From positions 1 through 57,257 of the forward strand of contig CBDUOS010000002.1 in the NCBI GenBank assembly GCA_965368905.1: a stretch of DNA of 57,257 nt, given 5' to 3'. The position numbers were made by a program, and so were the translations under genes. Origin of the DNA: an uncultured Bdellovibrionales bacterium (GTDB lineage Bacteria > Bdellovibrionota > Bdellovibrionia > Bdellovibrionales > JAGQZY01). The notes under the pieces were generated by a model that was not told the DNA's origin, searched no databases, and was given only the letters and a program-made list of their open reading frames with translations. Positions 1 through 9,313 of the stretch are shown piece by piece. How positions within the stretch are numbered: position 1 is the first letter of the stretch; the number at the start of each line of letters is the position of its first letter.

Positions 1-1044
1 CTCACGAAAGTTCCCCTCTTCCGGTTCGGTGGGAATGTCGGTCGTACCAGACTCTAAACTTTCATTGACGTAAACGCCACTGGTGCCGAGAGGAGTTCCA
101 AAAGTGTCGCGATAAACAGGGTTGCCAGTTACAGCTGCTTGAAAAAAGTTGGCCCAGCCTTCGCTCCAAGCCAAACGAGGATCTAAAATGTTGTCGCCAT
201 TGTGGTTCCCACCAGGGGAGTCGGCCACCGATAAGCGGTTCTCTAGTGCGTGTCCGTACTCATGAAGAATGACGGAAGTATCAAAGTGGTCAGTGTCGGT
301 GTTGTCCACATCACCGCCAGAACCGCCCAAAATAAACAATTGATTGGCTTCGGGGAGATAAAAGCTCAGTGGTGGTAATCCAAAATAGCTTCCAGGATTA
401 ACGCCTTTAGCCCAGTAGACATCCACCATGGGTACCGTTGTAATTTCGGAACAGTTTGAGAAGGTGGCCGAGCAATTGTTGGTTTGGGCTCTCAGGTAAT
501 CGTTCGCATCCAAAATTTTATCTAAAATATGGAAGGCTCCTCCCGCCAAAACATCTCCTGTTGCGGGAGCGGTTAGAGTGCCCACACTTTTCGAGCCATC
601 CAAAGTGACTGAGGTCGTTAAAGAGTAGAACGAATTAGCCGTTGGAGAGTTCATCACATAGGCTTTCATGTAGTCGTTGTCTGCTCGCGAAGCGACCGCC
701 AAGGTGACAGTTGCACCATTGTTAGGAAGTTGCACAGAGAAATTTCCAGAGTTATCTGTTTCGCCACATTGAATTAGGCCACCCGTGCTGTCTGTTACGC
801 GAATTTCTACCCGACGTATGGGTGCCGGAGAAGCCACGCTGCCATTTCCATTGTTGCGATACTCGTACTCAGCAGAACCAGTGATCGTCACACTGTCAGA
901 AAAAGTTTCAACTGTTGAGCAGTAGGGAGCCTTGGGAGAAGTTGAGCTAATGGAGTCACCATCACTGTTACTAGAGCAGGCTTGCAAGATCAAACCGAAC
1001 GCGAAAAGAAAAATGCAAGAGAATATGAATTTGATCGTTTTCAA
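1..1044 (-). CDS. Secreted lipoprotein zinc metalloprotease (HExxH); the C-terminal part runs off the window
   Basis: Absent from the supplied ORF track because it is open at the window edge. I translated the minus strand by hand from TTG at 1044 (AGAGG about 6 nt upstream). It reads MKTIKFIFSCIFLFAFGLILQAC (lipobox LQAC) and has 348 codons with no stop down to base 1. It contains VILHEYGHALE (first His codon at 264-262) and a downstream AWSEGWANFF that could supply a Glu ligand (gluzincin-like). Confidence 0.7.
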   Translation of the reverse strand, partial: MKTIKFIFSCIFLFAFGLILQACSSNSDGDSISSTSPKAPYCSTVETFSDSVTITGSAEYEYRNNGNGSVASPAPIRRVEIRVTDSTGGLIQCGETDNSGNFSVQLPNNGATVTLAVASRADNDYMKAYVMNSPTANSFYSLTTSVTLDGSKSVGTLTAPATGDVLAGGAFHILDKILDANDYLRAQTNNCSATFSNCSEITTVPMVDVYWAKGVNPGSYFGLPPLSFYLPEANQLFILGGSGGDVDNTDTDHFDTSVILHEYGHALENRLSVADSPGGNHNGDNILDPRLAWSEGWANFFQAAVTGNPVYRDTFGTPLGTSGVYVNESLESGTTDIPTEPEEGNFRE

Positions 1045-1140
1045 GTGGCACCTCTGGAATATTCACTTATCGGGTCATTTCAGAGGGACCTTGAAAAATT
1101 ATACTTGATTCAAGTTGAGAAAAATTGAATTATTAAGCCT

Positions 1141-1392
1141 ATGGAAGCTGGACTAAATTCAGACATCACAATTGGGCAAAGAGACTTTCATGTGCAGACT
1201 GAAGACTGGGGTTGGGACAATCCTTTCATCGTAACCAAGATTTTTAGCCAGGGAGCTGTCTTAAAAAGTTATAAAATACCCTACCAGACAGTTCTGAAGA
1301 CCCCTTTTCCATCAAACCAGTCCATTCGTATAGCTATAGAAAAGCAGCATAAGGAAATTCTAGACCGTCTCATTTCTGGTCAATTCGTCTGA
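1141..1392 (+). CDS. Hypothetical small protein (83 aa)
   Basis: ATG ORF co-oriented with and 19 nt upstream of ftsE. No family recognised and no clear Shine-Dalgarno sequence. Confidence 0.3.
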   Translation: MEAGLNSDITIGQRDFHVQTEDWGWDNPFIVTKIFSQGAVLKSYKIPYQTVLKTPFPSNQSIRIAIEKQHKEILDRLISGQFV

Positions 1393-1411
1393 TTCTCGTT
1401 AAAATTAAGGG

Positions 1412-2134
1412 ATGATATCGTTATTCCACGTTTACAAAACTTTTGTCGCTGATCAACATGTTCTACATAACCTGCAATTGGAAATCCAAGCAGGTGAAAT
1501 GGTCTTTCTTATGGGCCCCAGCGGAGCCGGAAAAACCACACTGTTTAGAATTATGACAGGTTTTGAAAAAGTCTCTTCTGGATCAGTAAAAATCAATAAT
1601 TTTGAGGTGAGTTCTCTATCTAGCAAACAAATGGCTCAGTTTCGTCGCTCGATCGGTGTTGTATTTCAAGATTTTCGACTTCTCTACGATCGATCAGTCT
1701 TTGAGAATATCGCTTTGCCGCTAGAGGTACTGCAATACAATAAGTGGGATATCGTAGAAAAAGTTGAGAAGATTCTTCGTAAAGTCGGACTATCGAAAAA
1801 AATGAATGAGAACCCGGCACATCTCTCAGGTGGAGAAAAACAAAGGGTGGCGATTGCCAGAGCAATGGTTCATCAACCCGCATTGGTGATCGCTGATGAA
1901 CCGACGGGCAATTTGGACTGGAAGCTCAGCGCCGATATTATGAGTCTTTTTCGTGAGGCGAATCGAGCCGGAACAACTTTGATTATTGCCACTCACGATC
2001 ATGCACTTGTTGAAAATGAGCCGCGCAAGCGAGTGATTAAAATTGAATCAGGAAAGGTCTATGAAGATGAAGGGAAGCAACCATGTGGTCGATTTTTTGC
2101 ACCATTAAAAGAAGCTGGTCTCAACATTTTGTAG
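1412..2134 (+). CDS. ftsE: Cell-division ABC ATPase FtsE
   Basis: Walker A GPSGAGKTT, signature LSGGEKQRVAIARA, Walker B ALVIADEPTGNLD. The N-terminus MISLFHVYKTF is FtsE-like, and ftsX follows immediately. Confidence 0.9.
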   Translation: MISLFHVYKTFVADQHVLHNLQLEIQAGEMVFLMGPSGAGKTTLFRIMTGFEKVSSGSVKINNFEVSSLSSKQMAQFRRSIGVVFQDFRLLYDRSVFENIALPLEVLQYNKWDIVEKVEKILRKVGLSKKMNENPAHLSGGEKQRVAIARAMVHQPALVIADEPTGNLDWKLSADIMSLFREANRAGTTLIIATHDHALVENEPRKRVIKIESGKVYEDEGKQPCGRFFAPLKEAGLNIL

Positions 2135-3018
2135 AGCAGTTTTCCGCATTTATTATTATGACGATGTCTTTCTCGGCCTTGTTTTTTATTGCATTGGCGT
2201 TAACTAATGTGCAAAACCTTTTTGAGATGTGGGGGCAAGTCAATCAAGTTACTGTTTATCTACAACCAGATACCAAATCCGATGATAAGAGTATGGTCAT
2301 AGCATCGTTAAATAATAATCCTATGGTAACATCGTTTCAGGAAGTCACGTCACAAGAATCGGCAAAGAAATTTGAAAAACGCTTTGCAAAAGTAACATCA
2401 CAAAAGATTGATGCAAATCATGTCTCAAAATTTTTTCCAAGTTATTTGGTTGTCGAGTTAAACCACGAGAAGGCTTATAAATCAGGACTTGGAGCTTTGG
2501 ATCAATTTGCATTTGATTTAAAAACCGAATTTAATTCCGTTCGCAACGTGAGTTATGGAAAGTCTTGGCTGCAACGTTATGTGGGCTTGTTGTCAGCCTT
2601 CCAATGGATTGGCTGGTTTCTTATTGTTTCGTTCCTAATTGCTTCAGTGATTGTGGCTTCCAGTGTGATCAAAACCATTTTATTTTCCAGAAGAGACGAA
2701 ATTGAAATTTTGGAGTTTATTGGAGCAGATGACCAAACCATTTACCTGCCTCAGGTCATCAACACTTTGTTGCTCTCTACGGTGGTATTTTTAACAGCTC
2801 TGTTAGCAAACTTTATTCTTTATATTCAGATTAAGGAAAAGCCGATCGCTATTTTAAGCTCATCCGCACAAAGCCAACTGAGTTTTATCTCACCGGGAAT
2901 ATTGGCAACAATTGGTTTCCTCGCTATATCTTCAGTGGCCATTTATTCAATGCTGACAATTTTCAATATGCTCCCAAGACGCAAGAAGGCTTTGCTGATC
3001 AAGGGAGTCATGGATTGA
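2083..3018 (+). CDS. ftsX: Cell-division permease-like protein FtsX
   Basis: 311 aa with an N-terminal TM helix, a large extracytoplasmic loop and three C-terminal TM helices. It lies directly after ftsE; the annotated start overlaps the ftsE tail by 52 nt, so the start is uncertain. Confidence 0.8.
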   Translation: MWSIFCTIKRSWSQHFVEQFSAFIIMTMSFSALFFIALALTNVQNLFEMWGQVNQVTVYLQPDTKSDDKSMVIASLNNNPMVTSFQEVTSQESAKKFEKRFAKVTSQKIDANHVSKFFPSYLVVELNHEKAYKSGLGALDQFAFDLKTEFNSVRNVSYGKSWLQRYVGLLSAFQWIGWFLIVSFLIASVIVASSVIKTILFSRRDEIEILEFIGADDQTIYLPQVINTLLLSTVVFLTALLANFILYIQIKEKPIAILSSSAQSQLSFISPGILATIGFLAISSVAIYSMLTIFNMLPRRKKALLIKGVMD

Positions 3019-4151
3019 TAAAGTTACTACTTGGAATCTTGTTGTTGTGCTTTACTAGTCCGGTTATTTCGTCCGACGACGATGTTTTCGATCTCGCTGC
3101 TAAGTACAATGCAACAAAGAAAGGGCTCTCTAAGCTTGAATTGAAAAAGCGTAGAGTTCTAGCCGAAATCTACTCTATTGAAAAAAAGACCAATAAATTG
3201 GTTTTACAAAAGACAGAGCTTGATGAAGATAAGATGAATTTAGATGCTAAATTAAGTAACATTTCTAAAAGAGTTATCGAGATTGAAAGACAGATTCAAA
3301 CTTTGATCCCAGACTTGGTCGAAAGGCTTTCTTTTGCCGATCAAATCAACGGATTGCCTTGGCTCTACACTTTTCTGACGGCACAAAGTCTCAACGAGCT
3401 TGATACAACTTTTGAAACAGCAAAGTTTATCAACCAACAACAGAGTGAAAAAGTGGTTGAATTTATTGGGCTGATGAAAGAGTTAGAAGAGAAGAAAAAG
3501 AAACTCAACGTCACAGCCTTAAAGATCGTCAATCTTAGGAAAGATCTGTTGAAGAAAAAGAAAGACATTGAATCCAATCAGACTCACAAAAAGAAATTCT
3601 TAAAAAACCTAGAGCGCCGATTGACCTCTGAGAAAATCAATTTAAAGAAAATCAAGGGCAAGGGAGAAAAGGCATTAAAAGATTCTTTTTTCTCAGATCT
3701 TCATATTCTCTTTGGTTCGCGTTTCTTTGACCAGAAAGGTAAATTACCTCATCCTGTGGATGGTCCGGTTACCCATGGCTATGGATTGAATAAAGGGCTC
3801 TTGCCGGATCGTATTCAACTGGTTCACAAAGGTTATTTTTATGGCTCGGCGACTGATCAATTTGTGAAAAGTATTTCAGATGGGCGAGTTCGCTATGTTG
3901 GTCCAGCTCAGGGTTATGGCCAAATTGTAGTGATCGACCATGGCAGTCGGTATTACTCGACCTATGCAAATTTACAGAAGACCAATGTGAAGGTGAATCA
4001 AGAAGTGAATCAGGGTGACCCAATTGGTGTTACCGGCTTTGGTCATATACAGTTTGGAACGGGACTTTATTTTGAAATTCGACATTTTTCACAACCCCAA
4101 AACCCAGAAGACTGGCTGAAAAAACCAGCAAAACATCTGGCAAACTTATAA
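3015..4151 (+). CDS. EnvC-like murein hydrolase activator (coiled coil plus degenerate LytM/M23 domain)
   Basis: Signal sequence, then a long K/E-rich coiled-coil region, then a C-terminal M23 fold (VVIDHGSRYYSTYANL, GTGLYFEIRH). The metal and catalytic residues are replaced: HKGYF instead of HxxxD, ANL instead of AHL, GLYFE instead of HLHFE. The TTG start overlaps the ftsX stop. Confidence 0.8.
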   Translation: MIKLLLGILLLCFTSPVISSDDDVFDLAAKYNATKKGLSKLELKKRRVLAEIYSIEKKTNKLVLQKTELDEDKMNLDAKLSNISKRVIEIERQIQTLIPDLVERLSFADQINGLPWLYTFLTAQSLNELDTTFETAKFINQQQSEKVVEFIGLMKELEEKKKKLNVTALKIVNLRKDLLKKKKDIESNQTHKKKFLKNLERRLTSEKINLKKIKGKGEKALKDSFFSDLHILFGSRFFDQKGKLPHPVDGPVTHGYGLNKGLLPDRIQLVHKGYFYGSATDQFVKSISDGRVRYVGPAQGYGQIVVIDHGSRYYSTYANLQKTNVKVNQEVNQGDPIGVTGFGHIQFGTGLYFEIRHFSQPQNPEDWLKKPAKHLANL

Positions 4152-4162
4152 CGAAGGTGACT

Positions 4163-5506
4163 ATGAAAATATCAACTCGACGCTTTATTTCTTCTGCTGT
4201 GATCCTGACTGCTCTGGTTGTAGGTAGCCTGCATTTGGCGCCTTCGGCATTTGCAAAGTCGAAAGATCATTACTTGAATCTTCAGCTTTTTGCCAAGGTT
4301 ATGAATTTGGTGCAAAAATATTACGTGGAAGAAGTCGACACTAAGAAACTTATCTATGGCGGAATCAAAGGAATGTTGCAGGAGCTTGATCCACATACCA
4401 ATTTTCTGCCCCCCGATATATATGAAGAGTTTGAAAATGAAACCAGCGGTAAGTTTGGAGGCTTGGGAATTGAGATCACTGTTCAAGATAGCATTCTTAC
4501 AATAATCTCTCCTATTGAAGACACTCCGGCATGGAAAGCCGGTCTACAGGCGGGTGACAAGATTGTTAGTATCGATGGCAACTCCACTAAAGGTTTGAGT
4601 CTGGCGGAGTCAGCGCAAATGATGAGAGGCGATAGAGGTTCAACAATTCTTCTTGGTATTGTTAGGGACGGAGTAAAAGGGAAGAAAGACTATCCTATCA
4701 AAAGAGGTACCATTAAAATCAAGTCAGTGAAGCACACAGACCTTGGAAATGGTTATAACTATGTTCGCTTAACCAGCTTTATTGAAAACTCATCGCGAGA
4801 CCTTAAGAAAGTTTTAAAGGCTGCCACAAAAGGAGATAAAAAACTAAAGGGATTAATCTTAGATTTGCGCCGAAACCCTGGAGGTCTTCTGGATCAGGCT
4901 ATAAAAATCAGTGATTTCTTTCTTGATGAAGGAATCATTGTTAGTACAATTGGTCGAGATAAAGAAAACAAAAAAGTTGTGTCAGCAAATAAAGACGGTT
5001 CCTATACAAATTTTCCAATAGTTATTCTTATCAACGAGTATTCTGCGAGTGCCAGTGAGATTGTGGCGGGAGCACTGAAGGATAACAAGCGGGCATTGGT
5101 TATGGGAAAAAGAAGTTTCGGAAAAGGTTCAGTTCAATCTGTAGTAAAAATGGGTGATGGGTCTGGACTTAAAATGACAGTGGCTCGTTATTACACTCCC
5201 AGTGGGGTTTCAATTCAGGCTGAGGGGATCACTCCAGATGTTAAGATCGATGAGGTTGATAGTGAAGCCTTTCAAAAAGCTATAATAAATCGAAAGGTGA
5301 AGCGGGAAGCGGATATCGATGGTCACCTGATATCAGAAAATAAGACCAAAAAGACAGATCAACCCAAAGGCGGAAGTCTATTTAATTGGTGGGAGAAGTC
5401 TAACAAGAAGGGTAAGAAAAACACCAAGGAGACTTTGTTGAATGATTTTCAGGTCTTACAGGCCTACAACTATCTCAAAGCATACAAGGTCATGAAGGGA
5501 ATTTAA
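4163..5506 (+). CDS. ctpA: Carboxy-terminal processing protease (peptidase S41, PDZ domain)
   Basis: N-terminal anchor, PDZ-like GLGIEI...GDKIVSIDG, and S41 motifs LDLRRNPGG, SASASEIVAGAL and GKRSFGKGSVQ. ATG at 4163 with a GAAGGTG SD is preferred over the track's GTG at 4157. Confidence 0.9.
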   Translation: MKISTRRFISSAVILTALVVGSLHLAPSAFAKSKDHYLNLQLFAKVMNLVQKYYVEEVDTKKLIYGGIKGMLQELDPHTNFLPPDIYEEFENETSGKFGGLGIEITVQDSILTIISPIEDTPAWKAGLQAGDKIVSIDGNSTKGLSLAESAQMMRGDRGSTILLGIVRDGVKGKKDYPIKRGTIKIKSVKHTDLGNGYNYVRLTSFIENSSRDLKKVLKAATKGDKKLKGLILDLRRNPGGLLDQAIKISDFFLDEGIIVSTIGRDKENKKVVSANKDGSYTNFPIVILINEYSASASEIVAGALKDNKRALVMGKRSFGKGSVQSVVKMGDGSGLKMTVARYYTPSGVSIQAEGITPDVKIDEVDSEAFQKAIINRKVKREADIDGHLISENKTKKTDQPKGGSLFNWWEKSNKKGKKNTKETLLNDFQVLQAYNYLKAYKVMKGI

Positions 5507-5587
5507 GACTAGACCTAGGTCGTAACTTTGCTCATCAAGCCTATCAGGTGGAAACCGCCAGAGGTAGGCTTTTAGAGCGGAGGCCTT

Positions 5588-5962
5588 ATGAAACCCATCG
5601 TCTTATTTTTTCTATCTTTTGTGTTCGTTTTCCCAGCTTTTGGGATAGGACAAAAAATCGAGATCGATTCAAAATTGTTCTTTCAAGGGCGCAAAGTGGC
5701 ATCGCCGCGAATTGTGACCAATGCGGGAGAAAAAGCCAAAGTCATAATGAGTGATCAAAAGAATAAGAGAGAGTACAACCTCGAGGTGTTTCCCCAAAAA
5801 ACTAGCGAACAAAATGTAAAGTTGCAGTACAGTTTAGCGATTCGTGAGGCCAACAACGAGACCATCACTCGAGGCGAAGTGAAAGTTTTAAAGAATAAAA
5901 AAGCCCGTATCTCAATTGACCACGGGCGAATTCAAATTCATTTGAAAGTTAAAAAGTCTTAG
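5588..5962 (+). CDS. Hypothetical secreted protein (124 aa)
   Basis: GGAGG SD 4 nt upstream of the ATG; signal peptide MKPIVLFFLSFVFVFPAFG. No family recognised. Confidence 0.55.
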   Translation: MKPIVLFFLSFVFVFPAFGIGQKIEIDSKLFFQGRKVASPRIVTNAGEKAKVIMSDQKNKREYNLEVFPQKTSEQNVKLQYSLAIREANNETITRGEVKVLKNKKARISIDHGRIQIHLKVKKS

Positions 5963-7287
5963 GCTTTTTGTTCGGGAGAAGCCTCTTCTTTCAGGGTCTC
6001 GGCTGGAACTTCTTTCACCTTAGCTTTATCAAGAAGAAATTTAAAGACCTTCTCTTCAGTCACCTGGAACTCAAGATTGGCAGACTGTTGCCCCTGTTGA
6101 TAAAACTCTTTCACCTTTGAAAGATCCAATCCGGTTTGGTCGGCGAACTCTTGTAACTTGCCTTCGACGTCGTCCTTGGTTGCATTGAGTTCATTCTCTT
6201 TGGCAATCTTCTGAATTAACAAGGCCGAGCGAACCATAAAGTCAGCCGTATCGGAAAAATCTTTAGTCCATTTGTCCTCATACTCCGAGAACTCTTGAGG
6301 ACTGATCCCTTGTCCTTGCATTCTATTCTTGAAGTCTTCAACTAAAGCCGAACGTTGCTCTTTGATCAGGGTTTCAGGTACTTCAAACGGGTTGGCAGCA
6401 ACCAAAGCTTTGAATATGCGATTTTTTAAATCGGCTTCGATTCGTTTTTCTTCACCTTCGACAATATCTTTTTTCAGTTGGGCTTTGAATTCTTCCACCG
6501 TATTGTGCTCACCCATGTTTTTGACGAACTCATCATTTAGCTCAGGTTTCATTTTTTGTTGGATTTTATTCAAAGTGACGTCAAATTTTACCGGCTTACC
6601 TTTAAGGTGCTCAACATGGTAATCGTCTGGAAAAGAAATACTGATCGATTTAGATTCATTGGGCTTCATTCCAATCAACCCCTGCTCAAAGCCGGGAATA
6701 AAAGAATCAGAGCCAATTTCTAAAACATGTCCTTGAGCTGCGCCATTTTCGAGGGGCTCATTATCGATAAACCCTTTAAAGTCGATATCGGCATAGTCAC
6801 CACTTTTCAAGTCTCGGATTAAAATCACATCTTCCAATTTGGCTTGATTTTCGAGAATCTGCTCAATGTTTTTTTCAACCTGATCGTCAGTCACCTCAAT
6901 TTTTTCTTTTTCGACTTCTAGGTCACCTGTTTGTTTGATTTCAATTTCAGGTTGAACCTCAAATTTTGCAGTAAATGCAAATTCCTTACCTTCTTCTGGG
7001 TTCTGAAAATCGATGTCAGGCATGCCAACAGGAACCAAATCATGCTCTTTCAGAGCTTTGAAGTAGAAAGTCTGAACCAAGTTTTGGGCCACATCGCCTT
7101 TAATTTTTTCTGTATACATGCTGCGAATGGTGGCGATTGGAGTTTTGCCCTTACGGAACCCTTTCACTTCGACGCTTTTTTGTAAATACTTGAAAGCATT
7201 GATAAATTCACTATCTACTTGGTCCACTGGGACTTGCACACTGATCTTTCGCTCAAGATTCGAAAGATTTTCGATCTCTGTTTTCAT
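5959..7287 (-). CDS. tig: Trigger factor
   Basis: The full-length domain order resembles trigger factor (N-terminal ribosome-binding region with GFRKGK, central FKBP-like region, C-terminal arm). ATG at 7287 (GGAG 8 nt upstream) is preferred over the GTG at 7296 used by the track. Confidence 0.9.
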   Translation of the reverse strand: MKTEIENLSNLERKISVQVPVDQVDSEFINAFKYLQKSVEVKGFRKGKTPIATIRSMYTEKIKGDVAQNLVQTFYFKALKEHDLVPVGMPDIDFQNPEEGKEFAFTAKFEVQPEIEIKQTGDLEVEKEKIEVTDDQVEKNIEQILENQAKLEDVILIRDLKSGDYADIDFKGFIDNEPLENGAAQGHVLEIGSDSFIPGFEQGLIGMKPNESKSISISFPDDYHVEHLKGKPVKFDVTLNKIQQKMKPELNDEFVKNMGEHNTVEEFKAQLKKDIVEGEEKRIEADLKNRIFKALVAANPFEVPETLIKEQRSALVEDFKNRMQGQGISPQEFSEYEDKWTKDFSDTADFMVRSALLIQKIAKENELNATKDDVEGKLQEFADQTGLDLSKVKEFYQQGQQSANLEFQVTEEKVFKFLLDKAKVKEVPAETLKEEASPEQKA

Positions 7288-7403
7288 GTAACTCACTCCG
7301 TTAAAATTCAGTGGAATATAGGGGAAGAAGTGCTTAAAATCAAGGAATTCAAGGATATCTAAGTATAGATAATTCTTGAAATTTCTAGTAAGTAAAAGGC
7401 GTA

Positions 7404-8255
7404 TTGTTGGACTTTAAAGAGCTCATATTCATAAGCGGCAAAGGCGGAACGGGCAAGAGCACCCTAGCCATCGCATTGGCTCGTTTTCTATCTCAGCAAG
7501 GGAAGAGTGTCCTGCTGGTGGAGCTGGAGGAGCAAAGCTCTGTACGAGCTCTTGTGGGTACTTCGAGGCATCCCAGCTATAAACCGTCACCCAGTGGTTG
7601 GGGTTTTGATTGGTGCCGGCTGTTAGGGCGAGATTGCCTGGTGGAGTATGTTAGCACGTTCACTCGTTTAGAAAGCGTCACGCAGAAATTTTTCGATTCT
7701 CCGTTGCTAAAAACGTTGGTTAATGTAGCGCCGGGTTTGAATGACCTTTCTATATTAGGCAAATTGACCAGTCGATTCCGCCAGCATGGTCCGCCACTAA
7801 ATTACGATCATGTGATTATAGATGCTCCAAGTACGGGAAGTTTTTATTCCCTTATTAAGGCACCGGTGACGTTGGGACAAAGCGTGACTCGTGGACCTTT
7901 GCACAGCCAAAGCAAAGGGATCGACGAGGTGTTAAGAAACAAGGACTATTGCCAATTTTTTTTCGTTAGCCTTTTTGAGGAATTGTCTTTGGATGAATTG
8001 GAAGACACGCTGGATCAGTTCTCCGCAAGCTATGGCTCACAAATTTCCGTTGTAATGAATAAATCTTTACCAATTGCGCAGACTTCTCAGGCCAATACTT
8101 CTTGGGGCACGTTTATTAAAATGAAAATAACAGAAGAGAATAATCAGTCTGAAAGAGCCAAAGATCTTTGGCAATCAGTTTATAAAATGCCCTTATTCAC
8201 AAAAGGTTTTCCAAATTATCTTGAGAACCTTGAGGAGGTTCTACGACCTCTTTAG
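7404..8255 (+). CDS. ArsA/Get3-family P-loop ATPase-like protein (half 1)
   Basis: Deviant Walker A GKGGTGKST near the N-terminus, and IIDAPSTGSF in place of the DTAPTGH switch. It is adjacent to a second ArsA-like ORF. The non-ATG start is uncertain. Confidence 0.6.
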   Translation: MLDFKELIFISGKGGTGKSTLAIALARFLSQQGKSVLLVELEEQSSVRALVGTSRHPSYKPSPSGWGFDWCRLLGRDCLVEYVSTFTRLESVTQKFFDSPLLKTLVNVAPGLNDLSILGKLTSRFRQHGPPLNYDHVIIDAPSTGSFYSLIKAPVTLGQSVTRGPLHSQSKGIDEVLRNKDYCQFFFVSLFEELSLDELEDTLDQFSASYGSQISVVMNKSLPIAQTSQANTSWGTFIKMKITEENNQSERAKDLWQSVYKMPLFTKGFPNYLENLEEVLRPL

Positions 8256-8278
8256 AAAGTCTTGTTAATAACAAGTCA

Positions 8279-9313
8279 TTGATAACATTTGTTGGAACAG
8301 GTGGTGTGGGTAAAACGTCGCTGTCTTTGGTTGCAGCTATTCAGGGGGCGAAGCAAGGCAAGCGAGTGGCAGCGATCACTGTGGACCCATCGCGACGATT
8401 GACAAGCCTTCTTGGTCTTGAGGCCTCTGAAGACCAATCCAAATCGGTTCGATGGGCATCTATTGATAAGCCAATTGATGTTTTTTATATTGAGCCTTCC
8501 TCTGTATTTCAAAGCTTTGTCGAAGCCAACATGAATAAAGAGTTTTTTGAAAAGCTCAAAGACAATGGGATTTATAAACAAATTTCTCAGAATTTGCGAG
8601 AAACCCACAATTTTGCGGCATTGTACAAAACGGAGTCCATTCTTTCGAGCGGTCAATATGACTTGGTTGTCTTGGATACTCCGCCATGTCATCAGGTGGT
8701 CGATTTTTTCGAGTCGCCATCACGCTTACAAAGGTTTTTTTCTGCTGCACCGGAGCCAAGTAAAAAAGGATGGATACAGTGGGTTCAAGAAAAAGGGGTT
8801 CAGGTCGCTGAGTCATTTTTGAAAACATTAGTTGGAGATGAGTTTGTTGAAGAGATGGATCACTTTTTTCGATTTGTGGGCGACATCAAATCACAAATTT
8901 ATTCCACATCGGAAGGTTTTTTAACTCATATGAAAGGAGAGGAGGCGTCCTTGCAATTGGTCTTCCCTCCATTCCCAGATAAGATCCAAGATGCAGAGTA
9001 TCTGAATAGTCAAATTTCAAACTTCGGCTTCAAGATTGATGGCTTTGTACTGAATCGTGCCTTTCCAAATAACCTCGACTTTAGTGAAGAGGTGGAGCTC
9101 CCCGCAGACGGAATGGAAAAGAGTCTATATGATTATTACATAGGAAAAAAAACGAGGAGTCTTGAGATTTTGCAAGCTTTCCGAAGTAAAAACCAAAGCC
9201 CACGAGCTCAGTTTGTAAGAATTCCGGAGTTCGATCACAGAATTGAGACTCTCCAGGATGTTCACGACTTTTCCGAGAGTGTGAATAAACACTGGGAGGT
9301 ATTGGAGCCATGA
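8279..9313 (+). CDS. ArsA/Get3-family P-loop ATPase-like protein (half 2)
   Basis: P-loop GTGGVGKTS, VVLDTPPCHQV (DTAPTGH-like) and overall ArsA-like length. The stop overlaps the start of the next gene. Confidence 0.65.
   Translation: MITFVGTGGVGKTSLSLVAAIQGAKQGKRVAAITVDPSRRLTSLLGLEASEDQSKSVRWASIDKPIDVFYIEPSSVFQSFVEANMNKEFFEKLKDNGIYKQISQNLRETHNFAALYKTESILSSGQYDLVVLDTPPCHQVVDFFESPSRLQRFFSAAPEPSKKGWIQWVQEKGVQVAESFLKTLVGDEFVEEMDHFFRFVGDIKSQIYSTSEGFLTHMKGEEASLQLVFPPFPDKIQDAEYLNSQISNFGFKIDGFVLNRAFPNNLDFSEEVELPADGMEKSLYDYYIGKKTRSLEILQAFRSKNQSPRAQFVRIPEFDHRIETLQDVHDFSESVNKHWEVLEP

Noticed and set aside
5548-5754. 68-aa ORF overlapping the 5588-5962 ORF in another frame
   Set aside because: The 5588 frame has a GGAGG SD and a clean signal peptide. 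The 5548 frame is Arg-rich and has neither.
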